A stretch of 64,000 bases of DNA from an uncultured Nitrospiraceae bacterium (GCA_963705105.1 CAVPIW010000014.1:64001-128000); one strand, 5' to 3'. Counted from the first letter of the stretch, positions 28,763 to 38,962 are shown. A program made the numbers and translations. Notes: generated by a model from the letters alone, not told the origin.

Positions 28763-29063
28763 TCCAAAATAATCGGGAAAGTCGAGGTGAAAAGGCGGGG
28801 CGAAGCGCCTCAAAGCCTTGCTGAAGGCGACGATGATTATTGTAGGGTCTGCTCCCCGAGCAGACCGCTTCATCGATGTCGGGCCGTTCGGGGAACGGCC
28901 CCTACGCGATTTTATCCTTTGTGTCATCGACCATCGGCTTGAAACGCCGACTTTTGTGACGGTATAGGTGTCGCCGCACCAAGGTTTTCGGCGCATGCAC
29001 CCCGCCTTTCCGGAGGAGTCTGCCACGACATATCCTTTTTCAAGGTCTCGCTGCTATTTTGGA
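28763..29063. repeat. Family B termini enclosing a family A copy with REP doublet
   Basis: TCCAAAATA...TATTTTGGA; inner family A at 28787-29028 in reverse orientation. Confidence 0.75.
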
Positions 29064-29126
29064 CGCGAGAGATGTCAAATGACTCTTCATCTGCTATAAT
29101 ATTCCAAAAAAATCAAGGAGGGTTCC

Positions 29127-30479
29127 ATGGCGCTTCAGGATCTGAAGGATATACTGGATATACGAAACGGTTCCCTTGTGCTCAAGGACAAACAGGCCTT
29201 GAGGGGCATGATGGACAGTGTCATCCAGGACGCCGTATTCGAGCCTGACGACGCGAGGCGCAAGGCCCTGTTCCTCATTGTGAAGGAGGCTGCCAAGGCC
29301 TTCGGCGCCGTCCCCGCATCCATCCAGGGTCTCTATGAGGAAATGGGCAGGGACTATCCCGGCTTCACCGTCCCGGCCATGAACATCAGGGGACTTACAT
29401 ATGACGTGGCGAGGGCCGTATTCCGGAAGGCGAAGGAGATGAATACGGCCGCCATGATTTTCGAGATCGCCCGTTCGGAGATCGGGTACACGAAACAGAG
29501 GCCTATTGAATACACGACGGTTGTGCTCGCAGCGGCGGTCAGAGAGGGGTATGAAGGGCCGGTCTTCGTGCAGGGGGACCATTTTCAGCTCGTCAGGAAA
29601 AATTTCATGAGCGATCCCGATGCCGAAACAGGATATGTGAAGGGGCTGATCGCCGAGGCGATCGACGCGGAATTCTATAACATCGACATCGACACCTCGA
29701 CCCTTGTGGACCTTGAAAAGCCGACGACAAAGGAACAGCAGCGGCCCAATTTCGAGAGGACGGCACTTCTCGCCGAGCATGTGCGGACCCTCGAGCCTGC
29801 GGGTGTCGACGTTTCGATCGGCGGCGAGATCGGCGAGATCGGCAGCAAGAACAGCACGCCCGAAGAGGCGAGGGCTTATCTCGAAGGTTTCAGGGAGACC
29901 TTCCCGGGCGGGAAAGGACTGAGCAAGCTCAGCGTCCAGACCGGCACGAGCCACGGCGGTGTCGTCCTGCCCGACGGAAGCCTCGCGAAGGTCAAGATCG
30001 ACTTCGAGACGCTCAAGGTGCTCTCCGAACTGGCGAGAAAGGAGTTCGGTCTGTCCGGCTGCGTGCAGCACGGCGCCTCGACACTGCCGGAGGACGCCTT
30101 CAACATGTTTCCGGAAACGGGGACCTCCGAGGTCCACCTCGCCACGGGATTCCAGAACATCATCTTCGACAGCGCCCACCTGCCTGCCGCTTTCAGAAAC
30201 GAGGTCTACGACATGATCGGTCGGGAGTTCGGCAAGGAGAAAAAGGAAGGGCAGACGGAAGAGCAGTTCTTTTACAGCACGAGGAAAAAGGGATTCGGTC
30301 CCGTCAAGAAGCAGTGGTGGCAGCTTCCGGAGAGCGTGAAAGGACCGATCATGAAGGAGCTGGAGGACAAGTTCGGCCTCCTCTTCGACAAGCTCCGGGT
30401 AAGAGATACTGTTGATATCGTCCGGCGGACGGTGACTCCCGTGGTCGTGAAAAAGTCCGTCGACCTCGGTGTCCTCTAA
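29127..30479 (+). CDS. fba: Class II fructose-bisphosphate aldolase
   Basis: QGDH, GGEIGEIG, GTSHGG and QHGASTL zinc/active-site motifs. Confidence 0.85.
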   Translation: MALQDLKDILDIRNGSLVLKDKQALRGMMDSVIQDAVFEPDDARRKALFLIVKEAAKAFGAVPASIQGLYEEMGRDYPGFTVPAMNIRGLTYDVARAVFRKAKEMNTAAMIFEIARSEIGYTKQRPIEYTTVVLAAAVREGYEGPVFVQGDHFQLVRKNFMSDPDAETGYVKGLIAEAIDAEFYNIDIDTSTLVDLEKPTTKEQQRPNFERTALLAEHVRTLEPAGVDVSIGGEIGEIGSKNSTPEEARAYLEGFRETFPGGKGLSKLSVQTGTSHGGVVLPDGSLAKVKIDFETLKVLSELARKEFGLSGCVQHGASTLPEDAFNMFPETGTSEVHLATGFQNIIFDSAHLPAAFRNEVYDMIGREFGKEKKEGQTEEQFFYSTRKKGFGPVKKQWWQLPESVKGPIMKELEDKFGLLFDKLRVRDTVDIVRRTVTPVVVKKSVDLGVL

Positions 30480-30485
30480 AACGCC

Positions 30486-31742
30486 ATGAACAAGAAAGAA
30501 AAAGATAAGGAAATTGTCGGAATTATCGTCGGTGGCGGGCCTGCGCCGGGTATCAACGGTGTCATCAGCTCGGCGACGATCGAGGCGGTCAATGAAGGGA
30601 AGAGCGTCATCGGTATCATGAACGGTTTCAAGAGCCTCTTCGACGGCAACAAAGCGGCGACAATCCCCCTCACCATCGATTGCGTGTCACGGATCCACAC
30701 CCAGGGCGGCTCGATCCTCCGGACGTCGAGGGATTATCCCGACCGGGTGAAGCAGAAATTCAAGGTGCTCATGGCGACCCTGCGGGACATCGGCGTAAAG
30801 TATCTCGTCACGATCGGAGGTGAGGGCACGCTCTTCATGGCGAACTGGATCGAAAAGGAGGCCCGGGGGACGATGAGCGTTGTCCATGTGCCGAAGACCA
30901 TCGACAACGATATCCCCCTGCCGGGCGGCAGATCGACCTTCGGATACCAGACGGCGCGGCACTGGGGTGTGGAGATCGTCAAGAACATGATGGAGGACGC
31001 CAAGACAACAGGCCGGTGGTACTTCATCAACACCATGGGGAGATACGCGGGACATCTCGCCCTTGGGATCGGAAAGGCCGCCGGTGCGACAACCACCCTG
31101 ATCGCCGAAGAGTTCGGCAACAAAGTCTCGATCAAGACGGTGGCCGACATCCTCACCGGATCGATCATCAAGAGGCTGTCCATGGGGAGGGACCACGGTG
31201 TCGCCGTCCTTGCAGAGGGCATCTCCGGCAAGCTCGACATAGAGGAACTCTCCCGCTACGAGCAGCTCGAGAAAGACGAAACGGGACGGATCCGTCTTTC
31301 CGAGATCCAGCTTGGAAGGGTCGTCAAGAACGTCGTCAAGAAGAACCTCGATTCGATGGGGATCAAAATCACCATCGTCGACAAGAATATCGGTTACGAG
31401 CTGCGGGCGGCCGATCCCATACCGACAGACGTGGAATATACGAGAAACCTGGGATACGGAGCCATTCGCTATCTCCTCATGGGGGGGACAGGCGCGATGA
31501 TCGTCTTTGACGAGGGGCATCTCAAGCCCGTCTCTTTCGTCGAGATGATCGATTACAAAACGGGGAAGGTAAAGGTGCGGACCGTCGACACCTCGTCGGC
31601 GACATATGAGGTGGGACGGAAATACATGATCCGCCTCGAGGCGGAAGACTTCGAGGGCGAGAACCTTGAGCGGCTTGCAAAGACGTCGCACCTGACGCCG
31701 GCGGAGTTCAGGAAACGCTTCCTCCCGGTCCTCTCGCCATGA
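30486..31742 (+). CDS. pfk: 6-phosphofructokinase (PPi-PFK-like clade)
   Basis: GGGPAPGIN, GGEGT, PKTIDND, MGR, GYELR. Confidence 0.9.
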   Translation: MNKKEKDKEIVGIIVGGGPAPGINGVISSATIEAVNEGKSVIGIMNGFKSLFDGNKAATIPLTIDCVSRIHTQGGSILRTSRDYPDRVKQKFKVLMATLRDIGVKYLVTIGGEGTLFMANWIEKEARGTMSVVHVPKTIDNDIPLPGGRSTFGYQTARHWGVEIVKNMMEDAKTTGRWYFINTMGRYAGHLALGIGKAAGATTTLIAEEFGNKVSIKTVADILTGSIIKRLSMGRDHGVAVLAEGISGKLDIEELSRYEQLEKDETGRIRLSEIQLGRVVKNVVKKNLDSMGIKITIVDKNIGYELRAADPIPTDVEYTRNLGYGAIRYLLMGGTGAMIVFDEGHLKPVSFVEMIDYKTGKVKVRTVDTSSATYEVGRKYMIRLEAEDFEGENLERLAKTSHLTPAEFRKRFLPVLSP

Positions 31743-31765
31743 CTCACCCAATGGTGTACACTTCC

Positions 31766-31932
31766 GCGGGGTGAAGCGCTCTGAAAGACAGTGTCAGTGT
31801 CAGTGTGAGTGTCAGTAAAGGGCTCACCTTTTCAGACATCGGCTTGAAACACCGTCTTCTGTGAAGGTTAATGTGTCGCCGCATCAAGGTTTTCGGCGCA
31901 TACACCCCGCCTTTCCCGCGGGCATATGCAGC
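31766..31932 (-). repeat. Repeat family A, shortened copy
   Basis: CAGTGTCAGTGTGAGTGTCAG arm plus GGTTTTCGGCGCATAC arm. Confidence 0.75.
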
Positions 31933-31967
31933 AATTCTGTTAACTCATTTGGTGTCGTAACCCGGGA

Positions 31968-32849
31968 ATGGCCTCGATAAAGGCAATAGCGGATAGAAAC
32001 GCCTCTTCGCTTGAGCGCGAAGTCGAGAGCAATGGCATATCCGGCAGGGCCTTGTCCCTTTTCCGGAAAACCATTGTCGATCATTACAAATCCATGGGCA
32101 GGCCGATGCCCTGGAGGGAGACCCGCGATCCATACTACATCCTCGTCTCCGAGATCATGCTCCAGCAGACCGGAGTCGAGCGCGTCCTGAAAAAATATCA
32201 ACAGTTCATCGAAGCCTTCCCCGATGTCCGCGAACTCAGAAGGGCATCTCTTCATGACGTCCTCAGGCTTTGGCAGGGCATGGGATATAACCGCCGGGCC
32301 ATCGCCCTCAAGAGTGCCGCGGAAATCATCGTCATGGAGCACGACGGCCATGTCCCGTCATCTCGGGTAGAGCTCGAAAGGCTCCCGGGCATCGGGAAGG
32401 CCACCGCTTCGGCTATCCTGGTCTATGCCTTCGGGCATCGCGAAGTGTTCATCGAGACGAACATCCGCAGGGTCTTCATCCACTTTTTCTTCAGCGACAG
32501 GGATAACGTGCGGGACAGGGAGATTCGTCCTCTCGTGGAAAGCACCCTCGATGCCGCCAATCCCCGGGAGTGGTACTATGCGCTCATGGATTACGGGACC
32601 ATGATCAGGAAGACCATAGCCGACCCGAACAGGAGGAGTGCCCATTATCGGCGTCAGTCGCCTTTTGCGGGGTCGGAGCGGCAGGTGAGGGGCCTGATCC
32701 TCAGGGCTATGGTCGCGCAACAGGGGATGACAGCCCATGAACTGTTACGGACTCTGGACCTCCCGGATGAACAGGTGAGCAGGAACCTCATGAAACTGGC
32801 CGAGGAGGGGTTCATCAGGGAAGAGGGGGAGAAATATGTTATCGCGTGA
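31968..32849 (+). CDS. mutY: A/G-specific adenine glycosylase, short MutY-like (HhH-GPD)
   Basis: PWRETRDPYYILVSEIMLQQT, LPGIGKATA, ETNIRRV; start uncertain. Confidence 0.85.
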   Translation: MASIKAIADRNASSLEREVESNGISGRALSLFRKTIVDHYKSMGRPMPWRETRDPYYILVSEIMLQQTGVERVLKKYQQFIEAFPDVRELRRASLHDVLRLWQGMGYNRRAIALKSAAEIIVMEHDGHVPSSRVELERLPGIGKATASAILVYAFGHREVFIETNIRRVFIHFFFSDRDNVRDREIRPLVESTLDAANPREWYYALMDYGTMIRKTIADPNRRSAHYRRQSPFAGSERQVRGLILRAMVAQQGMTAHELLRTLDLPDEQVSRNLMKLAEEGFIREEGEKYVIA

Positions 32850-32861
32850 AGGGAGTGATTC

Positions 32862-33350
32862 ATGGCTGAGAAAATGACCATACCGGAGAGGACGAGCAGG
32901 GGGACCGTATCGGTCCCGGAGCGGCTGCGGTTCCTGAACGAGACGGAGCACCATGCAGTACTCGCGACGGAGTCAGGCGGGCAACCCCTGACGTCCCTCG
33001 TCGCCTATGCCCTCACCGATGACCTGAAGGGCGCCCTTTTCGTCACCCCGAAAAAGACCCGCAAGTACACGAACATCCTCGCAAACGGCAGGGTGGCGCT
33101 CCTCATCGATACGAGGACGAATACCGACAGGGCCTACCTCGAAGCCGAGGCGGTCACCATGATCGGCATGGCCCGTTCTGTCCGGAAGGGGAAGCGCCGG
33201 GACATGCTCATCGCGACATTTTTGCGGAAACATCCGCGCCTTGCCGAATTCGCGAATTCACCATCAACTGCCATCATTCTCATCGAAGCCCGCCGCTACA
33301 TCCATGTCGGCCGTTTCCAGAGCGTGTCTGAGTGGATAATAGACAATTGA
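32862..33350 (+). CDS. Pyridoxamine 5'-phosphate oxidase family protein
   Basis: AVLAT...TRKYTNILANGRVALLID. Confidence 0.82.
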   Translation: MAEKMTIPERTSRGTVSVPERLRFLNETEHHAVLATESGGQPLTSLVAYALTDDLKGALFVTPKKTRKYTNILANGRVALLIDTRTNTDRAYLEAEAVTMIGMARSVRKGKRRDMLIATFLRKHPRLAEFANSPSTAIILIEARRYIHVGRFQSVSEWIIDN

Positions 33351-33559
33351 CCCTTCATCAGCATGAAAAGGCGGGGCGAAGCGCCATGAAACAGTAGACA
33401 ACAGACAGGAACCGGACGAAAAACGCACCGACGGGAAGGCTGATGTGGTGAAAAGCCTTTCCGCTAAGATACCTTGTTCGTCCCCTGACCACCCTTTGCC
33501 GTGTCTGTTGATATCAAAAGCCAGTCATGCAACAGGCGTTGAACACCCTGATATGCACA

Positions 33560-33885
33560 CCCATACGCCCGACCGAATGGCGGGGTGAAGCGCCGAAAAG
33601 CATCGGTGCTGCGAAACCGCTGCCGTCCCGCTGAGTGTATGTAAGCAAAACTGTTGATGATACAGAGGATGAAATCTTCAACAACCAATAATAAATAATC
33701 ATGCTCGCTATCAGCGAGGCGTTGAGGCGCTTTGCCCCGCCTTTCGGCGCATCTGCCAAAATGGTCCTCATCATCGCATTGGAAAGGCTTTGACCCATAT
33801 CTGCATTCCCGGAGGCAGCGTCGCTATCAGCAAGGTATTGAGTTGTCTTGCCCGCTATTCCGGAGGGCTTATGCAACGATGAGGT
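33560..33885. repeat. Degenerate repeat family A mosaic
   Basis: GGCGGGGTGAAGCGCCGAAAAGC, CAGCGAGGCGTTGAGGCGCTTTGCCCCGCC, TATGCAACGATGAGG. Confidence 0.6.
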
Positions 33886-33909
33886 TAGGGTACACGTTGA
33901 AGCGTTGCG

Positions 33910-34827
33910 TCAGAAGGGGACAAAGAGCCGATGCTTTCTGACGAACTCTCTGAAGGTCCGGGCCGCCGCGGATAAGTCCTCATCCCTCGGGCTGACGAGG
34001 TAAATCTTTCTTTTCATCTTCCTGCCTGCGACATCCAGTATGTTGATGGATCCTTCCTTGACGGCCCTGAAGACCGACCATTTCGAAACACAGGAGATGC
34101 CCGTTCCTGCCTGCACCATCTGGACGATTAAATCGGGGCTTCCGAGCACCATGGCGACTGTTATGTCGCGGGCGTCGATTTTCATTGAGTGGAACAGCTT
34201 CTCTATATACTCTCTTGTGCCCGAGCCGGCTTCGGGCATAATGAAGGGCTGTGACAGCAACTGTGCCGGCAAGATGCCTTTTTTTTTCGCCAGCGCGTTG
34301 TCCTCAGAGGATATGATGACAATCTCATCTTCCGAAATTTCGTCGAAGACCAGTCGCGCACTCCTGCCCGCGTCCTCGACGGGTCCCTCGCATATGCCCA
34401 CCTCGATGTCCCCGCCGGTAATCTGCCGAATGATCGCATCCGTATTAGACACGGATAGTTCAATCGCCACATCAGGGTAATCTCTCGAAAAGCCATAGAG
34501 AATCTGGGGAAGGAGAAAGGAGGCGGCCGTCATGCTCGCGCTCGCGCGGAGAGTTCCCCTGAGCCGTTTGAGCAGGCCGTTGAGATCGTCCTCCATTGCG
34601 GCGTATCGGGCGAGAAGGTCCCTTGCGTGCCCGTAGAGAGCCGTTCCCGCGGGAGTCGGCCTGACGGTCTTGCCGGAACGAATGAAGAGCTTGGCGCCGA
34701 TCTCCTCTTCAAGCTTCCTGATGAGGTGGCTCATGGCGGACTGGGTCATAAACTTCTCCTCCGCAGCACGGGAAAAGCTCCCGTGTTCCACAACGAGACA
34801 GAATGCCCGCAGCCGGTGGTCTTCCAT
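33910..34827 (-). CDS. LysR-family regulator (CysL/selenium-metabolism-associated type)
   Basis: GSFSRAAEEKFMTQSAMS HTH; EAGSGTR. Confidence 0.9.
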   Translation of the reverse strand: MEDHRLRAFCLVVEHGSFSRAAEEKFMTQSAMSHLIRKLEEEIGAKLFIRSGKTVRPTPAGTALYGHARDLLARYAAMEDDLNGLLKRLRGTLRASASMTAASFLLPQILYGFSRDYPDVAIELSVSNTDAIIRQITGGDIEVGICEGPVEDAGRSARLVFDEISEDEIVIISSEDNALAKKKGILPAQLLSQPFIMPEAGSGTREYIEKLFHSMKIDARDITVAMVLGSPDLIVQMVQAGTGISCVSKWSVFRAVKEGSINILDVAGRKMKRKIYLVSPRDEDLSAAARTFREFVRKHRLFVPF

Positions 34828-34894
34828 TGTTCAGGCCCCTTTACACCCTCCCTCATTGTAAGGTTCATCTCCAGGCCTGTCAACAGTGCATTCA

Positions 34895-34931
34895 ATGAGA
34901 AGAATTCATGGTGAGCATGAATATAATCCAT
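34895..34931. promoter_or_regulatory. Two LysR-type T-N11-A boxes in the divergent promoter
   Basis: ATGA-N7-TCAT (34895-34909) and ATGA-N7-CCAT (34917-34931). Confidence 0.55.
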
Positions 34932-35053
34932 TTGCTTTGTTCCGGGGCTGCATCATAATCTTGAAACATCGCCGTCTGATCGGCGGAGACCGGCTTCTGG
35001 CGATTCTCCGCGAATGCGGCGCCGCTGACATACATGCCACGGAGGGAATAATC

Positions 35054-35833
35054 ATGGCGGATCAAAAAACAAAACTAATCATTGCATCGACAACGAGCAC
35101 GCAAAACTCGGGGCTTTTCGACATCCTGCTTCCGGAGTACGGGAAATCGACGCGATACGGGATCGCCGTGGAAGTGGTAGCGGTCGGAACGGGGAAGGCG
35201 ATCAGGATGGCGAAGAAGGGCCTGGCGGACGTGCTCTTCGTCCATGATCCCTTCCGGGAGGAGAAGTTTGTCTCCGAAGGGTACGGGGTGAACAGGCGGG
35301 AGGTTATGCACAACGAATTCGTCATCATCGGCCCTGAAGACGATCCTGCCTCCGTCGGCGCTGCAAAATCGGCAGTCGAGGCCTTTGAGGATATCGCCGA
35401 CAAAGGAGCGTCATTTGTCTCCCGCAGTGACGACTCGGGGACGAACATACGGGAACTGGACATATGGGACGATACGGGCATCAATCCGAGGGGCAAGGGC
35501 TGGTATTTCGAGGCCGGCGCGAAGATGGGAGACACGCTGCTCATAGCGAACAACAAGCCGGCATACACACTGACAGACATGGGGACCTATCTGAACTACC
35601 AGGACAAGCTGGAGTTGCGGATCCTCTTCCGGGGCGATCCGATCCTCCGGAACCGGTACAGTGTCATAGCCGTCAGCCCCGAGAAATTCCCCGGTATAAG
35701 GTACCGCGAGGCGATGGATTTCATCGCCTTTGTGACGTCCCCGGAAGGCCAGAGGATCATAGGACAATACGCCAAAAACGGCGTGAACCTCTTTTATCCC
35801 GATGCCGTGCCATCGGTAATGAACACACAATAA
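35054..35833 (+). CDS. TupA-like tungstate-binding protein lacking a signal peptide
   Basis: ASTTSTQNSGL, GTGKA, SRSDDSGT; GGAGG RBS before MADQK. Confidence 0.85.
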   Translation: MADQKTKLIIASTTSTQNSGLFDILLPEYGKSTRYGIAVEVVAVGTGKAIRMAKKGLADVLFVHDPFREEKFVSEGYGVNRREVMHNEFVIIGPEDDPASVGAAKSAVEAFEDIADKGASFVSRSDDSGTNIRELDIWDDTGINPRGKGWYFEAGAKMGDTLLIANNKPAYTLTDMGTYLNYQDKLELRILFRGDPILRNRYSVIAVSPEKFPGIRYREAMDFIAFVTSPEGQRIIGQYAKNGVNLFYPDAVPSVMNTQ

Positions 35834-35846
35834 AAAGGAACCATCA

Positions 35847-36671
35847 ATGAACAGAATCGTTATCATTATCGTTCTCGCATCCGTCATCTTCTGTTATGCT
35901 CCGGCCACATATGGCGCGCCGGCGGCGGAAATTATTCTCGCATCGACGACGAGCACGGAGAACTCGGGATTGTTCGGTCACATCCTGCCCCTCTTCGAGA
36001 AGAAGACGGGGATTAAGGTAAAGGTCGTGGCCCGGGGAACGGGCGCGTCGATCGAGATGGGCAAACGTGGTGACGCCGACGCAGTGTTCGTGCACGCAAA
36101 AGAACTTGAAATGAAGGCCGTCGAAGAGGGATTTTTCCTCAGCCGCCATGATGTGATGTACAACGATTTCGTCATCATCGCCCCGCCCGATGACCCGTCC
36201 AAAGTGAAGGGCCTGAAAAGCGCGGCGGAGGGCTTCAAGAGGATATCGGCAGGAACGGCGCCCTTCGTCTCGCGAGGGGACAAGTCAGGGACCCATACGA
36301 AGGAACTGGAGCTCTGGAAAAAGGCCGGCGTTGATCCGAAGGGAAATCCCTGGTACCTGGAAGTCGGTCAGGGCATGGAGAAGGCCCAGCGAATCGCGAA
36401 CGAGAAACGCGCCTACTGTCTCACTGACCGCGGCACATGGCTCGCGACGAAGGACAAGGACAAGCTGGAGATGATCATCGTCCTGGAGGGTGACCCCGTT
36501 CTCTTTAACCAGTACGGCGTGATGGCGGTGAATCCGGAGAAGCACAAACATGTGAAGTATAAAGAGGCGAAGGAGTTCGTGAACTGGATCATCTCGAAGG
36601 AGGGCCAGCAGGCCATAGCGTCCTTCAAGGACAAACTCGGCAACCAGCTCTTCTATCCAAATGCAAAATAG
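35847..36671 (+). CDS. tupA: Tungstate ABC transporter periplasmic protein
   Basis: Signal peptide; TTSTENSGL and SRGDKSGTH motifs. Confidence 0.92.
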   Translation: MNRIVIIIVLASVIFCYAPATYGAPAAEIILASTTSTENSGLFGHILPLFEKKTGIKVKVVARGTGASIEMGKRGDADAVFVHAKELEMKAVEEGFFLSRHDVMYNDFVIIAPPDDPSKVKGLKSAAEGFKRISAGTAPFVSRGDKSGTHTKELELWKKAGVDPKGNPWYLEVGQGMEKAQRIANEKRAYCLTDRGTWLATKDKDKLEMIIVLEGDPVLFNQYGVMAVNPEKHKHVKYKEAKEFVNWIISKEGQQAIASFKDKLGNQLFYPNAK

Positions 36672-36678
36672 ACCTTAT

Positions 36679-36929
36679 CGTTGCATACGCCCTCCGGGAA
36701 GGCGGGGCAAAGGCGCCGAAAAGCCTCGGTGCTGCGAAACCTTTGCCTTCCCATGAAGACAGTGTCAGGCAGACGGTCGATGACACAAAGGATGGAATGG
36801 AATCGTGTAGGGGCCGTTCCCCGAACGGCCCGACATCAATAAAGCGGTCTGCTCGGGGAGCAGACCCTACAATGATCAATGTCGCGATCAGCGAGGCCTT
36901 GAGGCGCTTTGTCCCGCCTTTCCTGCAAC
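36679..36929 (+). repeat. Repeat family A copy with REP doublet inside the tup operon
   Basis: CGTTGCA...TGCAAC termini. Confidence 0.8.
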
Positions 36930-37002
36930 TACGGGATAGATTTATTTTTTTCCACGCGAAGTCGCAAAGAGCGCAAAGAAAGAACACAAAGGTGTCAGTG
37001 AC

Positions 37003-37710
37003 GTGAGCTCGATTTTCGAAGGCATCGGCAGGGCAGCCTCGCTCATCGTCAATCTGGACGATGAGTTGATGCAGATCATCCTCCTGTCCTTGCGCGTATC
37101 CGGCTCTGCACTTGTGATCGCAACGGTCCTGGCGATTCCGACGGCGGGACTTCTCGGGTTGAAAAGATTCCGGGGCCGTGGGGCGCTCATCAGTATATTG
37201 AACACGTTTATGGGGCTCCCTCCGGTCGTGGTGGGGCTTTTCGTCTATCTCCTGTTGTCCCGGAGCGGCCCTCTCGGTTTTCTGGCGCTGCTCTACAGCC
37301 CCACGGCCATGATCATCGCCCAGATCATCCTCTCTTTCCCCATCGTGGCGTCGCTCTGCCATACCGCCATCGTCAGTGTCGATCCCATCGTGAAACAGGC
37401 ATCGATGGCGCTTGGGGCGACGCCGTTTCAGGTCTCTCTGACCGTGATCAACGAGGCCCGCTACGGGATTATGTCGGCGGTCATCGCAGGATTCGGCAGG
37501 GTGACCGCCGAGGTAGGCGCCGTACTCATGGTCGGCGGCAACATCGCTGGTTTCACGAGGGTCATGACGACGACTATAGCGCTTGAGACCGACAAGGGCA
37601 ACTTCGAGCTCGCCCTCGCGCTCGGCATAATCCTTCTTACCCTCTCTCTGGCGATCAACCTCGTCCTGCGTTTCATACAGAAAAAGGGAACCCTGAGGGC
37701 TGAAGCATGA
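37003..37710 (+). CDS. tupB: Tungstate ABC transporter permease
   Basis: MGLPPVVVGL, EVGAVLMVGGNI. Confidence 0.92.
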   Translation: MSSIFEGIGRAASLIVNLDDELMQIILLSLRVSGSALVIATVLAIPTAGLLGLKRFRGRGALISILNTFMGLPPVVVGLFVYLLLSRSGPLGFLALLYSPTAMIIAQIILSFPIVASLCHTAIVSVDPIVKQASMALGATPFQVSLTVINEARYGIMSAVIAGFGRVTAEVGAVLMVGGNIAGFTRVMTTTIALETDKGNFELALALGIILLTLSLAINLVLRFIQKKGTLRAEA

Positions 37711-38357
37711 ACCTCCGGCTGGAAGCTGAAGGGCTTTGCAAGAGCTACAACGGAAAACCCGTGCTTGCCGACTGCTCCTTTGTCCTCCGGGAAGGAAGGA
37801 CATACGCTTTGATGGGGCCGAACGGGTGCGGCAAGTCGACGCTCTTCCGCATCTGCGCCCTCATCGAGGAGCCGGACAGTGGCCGTGTGCGATATCTTTC
37901 AGGGGACGAGACTCTGGGTCACGACATGTCCCTGAGAAGAAAGATAACGCTTGTGCTCCCCAAAATCGGCGTCTTCAACACATCGGTCTGCAAGAACGTA
38001 GCATACGGTCTCAGGGTCCGCGGTGTCACGAGGGGAGAGACGGCCGGGCGTGTGCAAAAGGCCCTCGAGTTTGTGCGGCTCACCCACAAGAAGGACCAGA
38101 ACGCACTGACCCTTTCGAGCGGTGAGACCCAGCGGCTCGGCATTGCCAGGGCGATCGCGTTCGAACCTTCGGTGCTCTTCCTCGACGAACCGACAGCCTT
38201 CGTCGACGAAAAAAGCAAGGTGCTGATCGAAGAGATCATTCATGGAATCAGGAGGGCCGGCAACGCCCTGGTGGTCATCACCACCCATAACAGGGACCAG
38301 GCGGAGCGGCTCTCGGACTCGGTCCTGATGATGGCCGGCGGCAGGGTCCTCGCCTGA
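37707..38357 (+). CDS. tupC: Tungstate ABC transporter ATPase
   Basis: GPNGCGKS, LSSGETQR, LDEPT. Confidence 0.88.
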   Translation: MNLRLEAEGLCKSYNGKPVLADCSFVLREGRTYALMGPNGCGKSTLFRICALIEEPDSGRVRYLSGDETLGHDMSLRRKITLVLPKIGVFNTSVCKNVAYGLRVRGVTRGETAGRVQKALEFVRLTHKKDQNALTLSSGETQRLGIARAIAFEPSVLFLDEPTAFVDEKSKVLIEEIIHGIRRAGNALVVITTHNRDQAERLSDSVLMMAGGRVLA

Positions 38358-38542
38358 GCCGTCCGCCGCCGCAGGCACGGGAACCATCCCGGACTTGAAA
38401 TGTTTCCACAATCCATGTATATTGATAAGTCGGCAAACCGGAGGCGGGTGCCGCCCTGTCATGTCTCTGACCGCCGTTGAACAGGCTGTGCAAAGCCGGT
38501 TTCCGGAGGTCCGCGACGGGATCATACACGGAGGTTCATGAA

Positions 38543-38962
38543 ATGAAAAGGTTTGTCATTCTTCTGATAGCAGGGGTGCTTGTTCTCTCCTTCATCACCA
38601 TAGAGGAGATGTCGGCGACAGACGGGCGGTGGAAACTGATCGACAGCTCGAAAATGGGAAAACAGTTTTACGATACCGAGAGCATCATGTATACGTCCCC
38701 GAGCATGGTCAAGGTGTGGATCAGGGTGGAAGTGACGGAGGGATTCTGGGAGATGATGGGCGTGCGGTCCGACAGGGCGCTCTGGGAGATTGACTGCCAG
38801 AACAGGCTGTACAGGACGCTTCAGCGTGATTCCGTCAAAAAGGACGGGACGTCGGCAGTCACGAAAGAGCCTTCCGTCTGGGAGGACATCCCGCCGGAGT
38901 CGAACCCCGAATTTCTCATGGATACGCTCTGCAAGCAGTCTCCGAAGAAGAAAGCACGTTAG
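38543..38962 (+). CDS. Secreted protein, surface-adhesin E-like
   Basis: Signal peptide; FYDTESI...VKVW...EIDC...WEDIPPES. Confidence 0.7.
   Translation: MKRFVILLIAGVLVLSFITIEEMSATDGRWKLIDSSKMGKQFYDTESIMYTSPSMVKVWIRVEVTEGFWEMMGVRSDRALWEIDCQNRLYRTLQRDSVKKDGTSAVTKEPSVWEDIPPESNPEFLMDTLCKQSPKKKAR

Noticed and set aside
27280..28824. Long opposite-strand ORFs (also 22099-22914, 29094-30179, 44784-45929, 55739-56860)
   Set aside because: Antisense shadows of well-supported GC-rich genes
38430..38505. GGCAAACC...GCAAAGCC resembling a c-di-GMP-I riboswitch
   Set aside because: Lacks the GNRA tetraloop/receptor and the spacing is far too long
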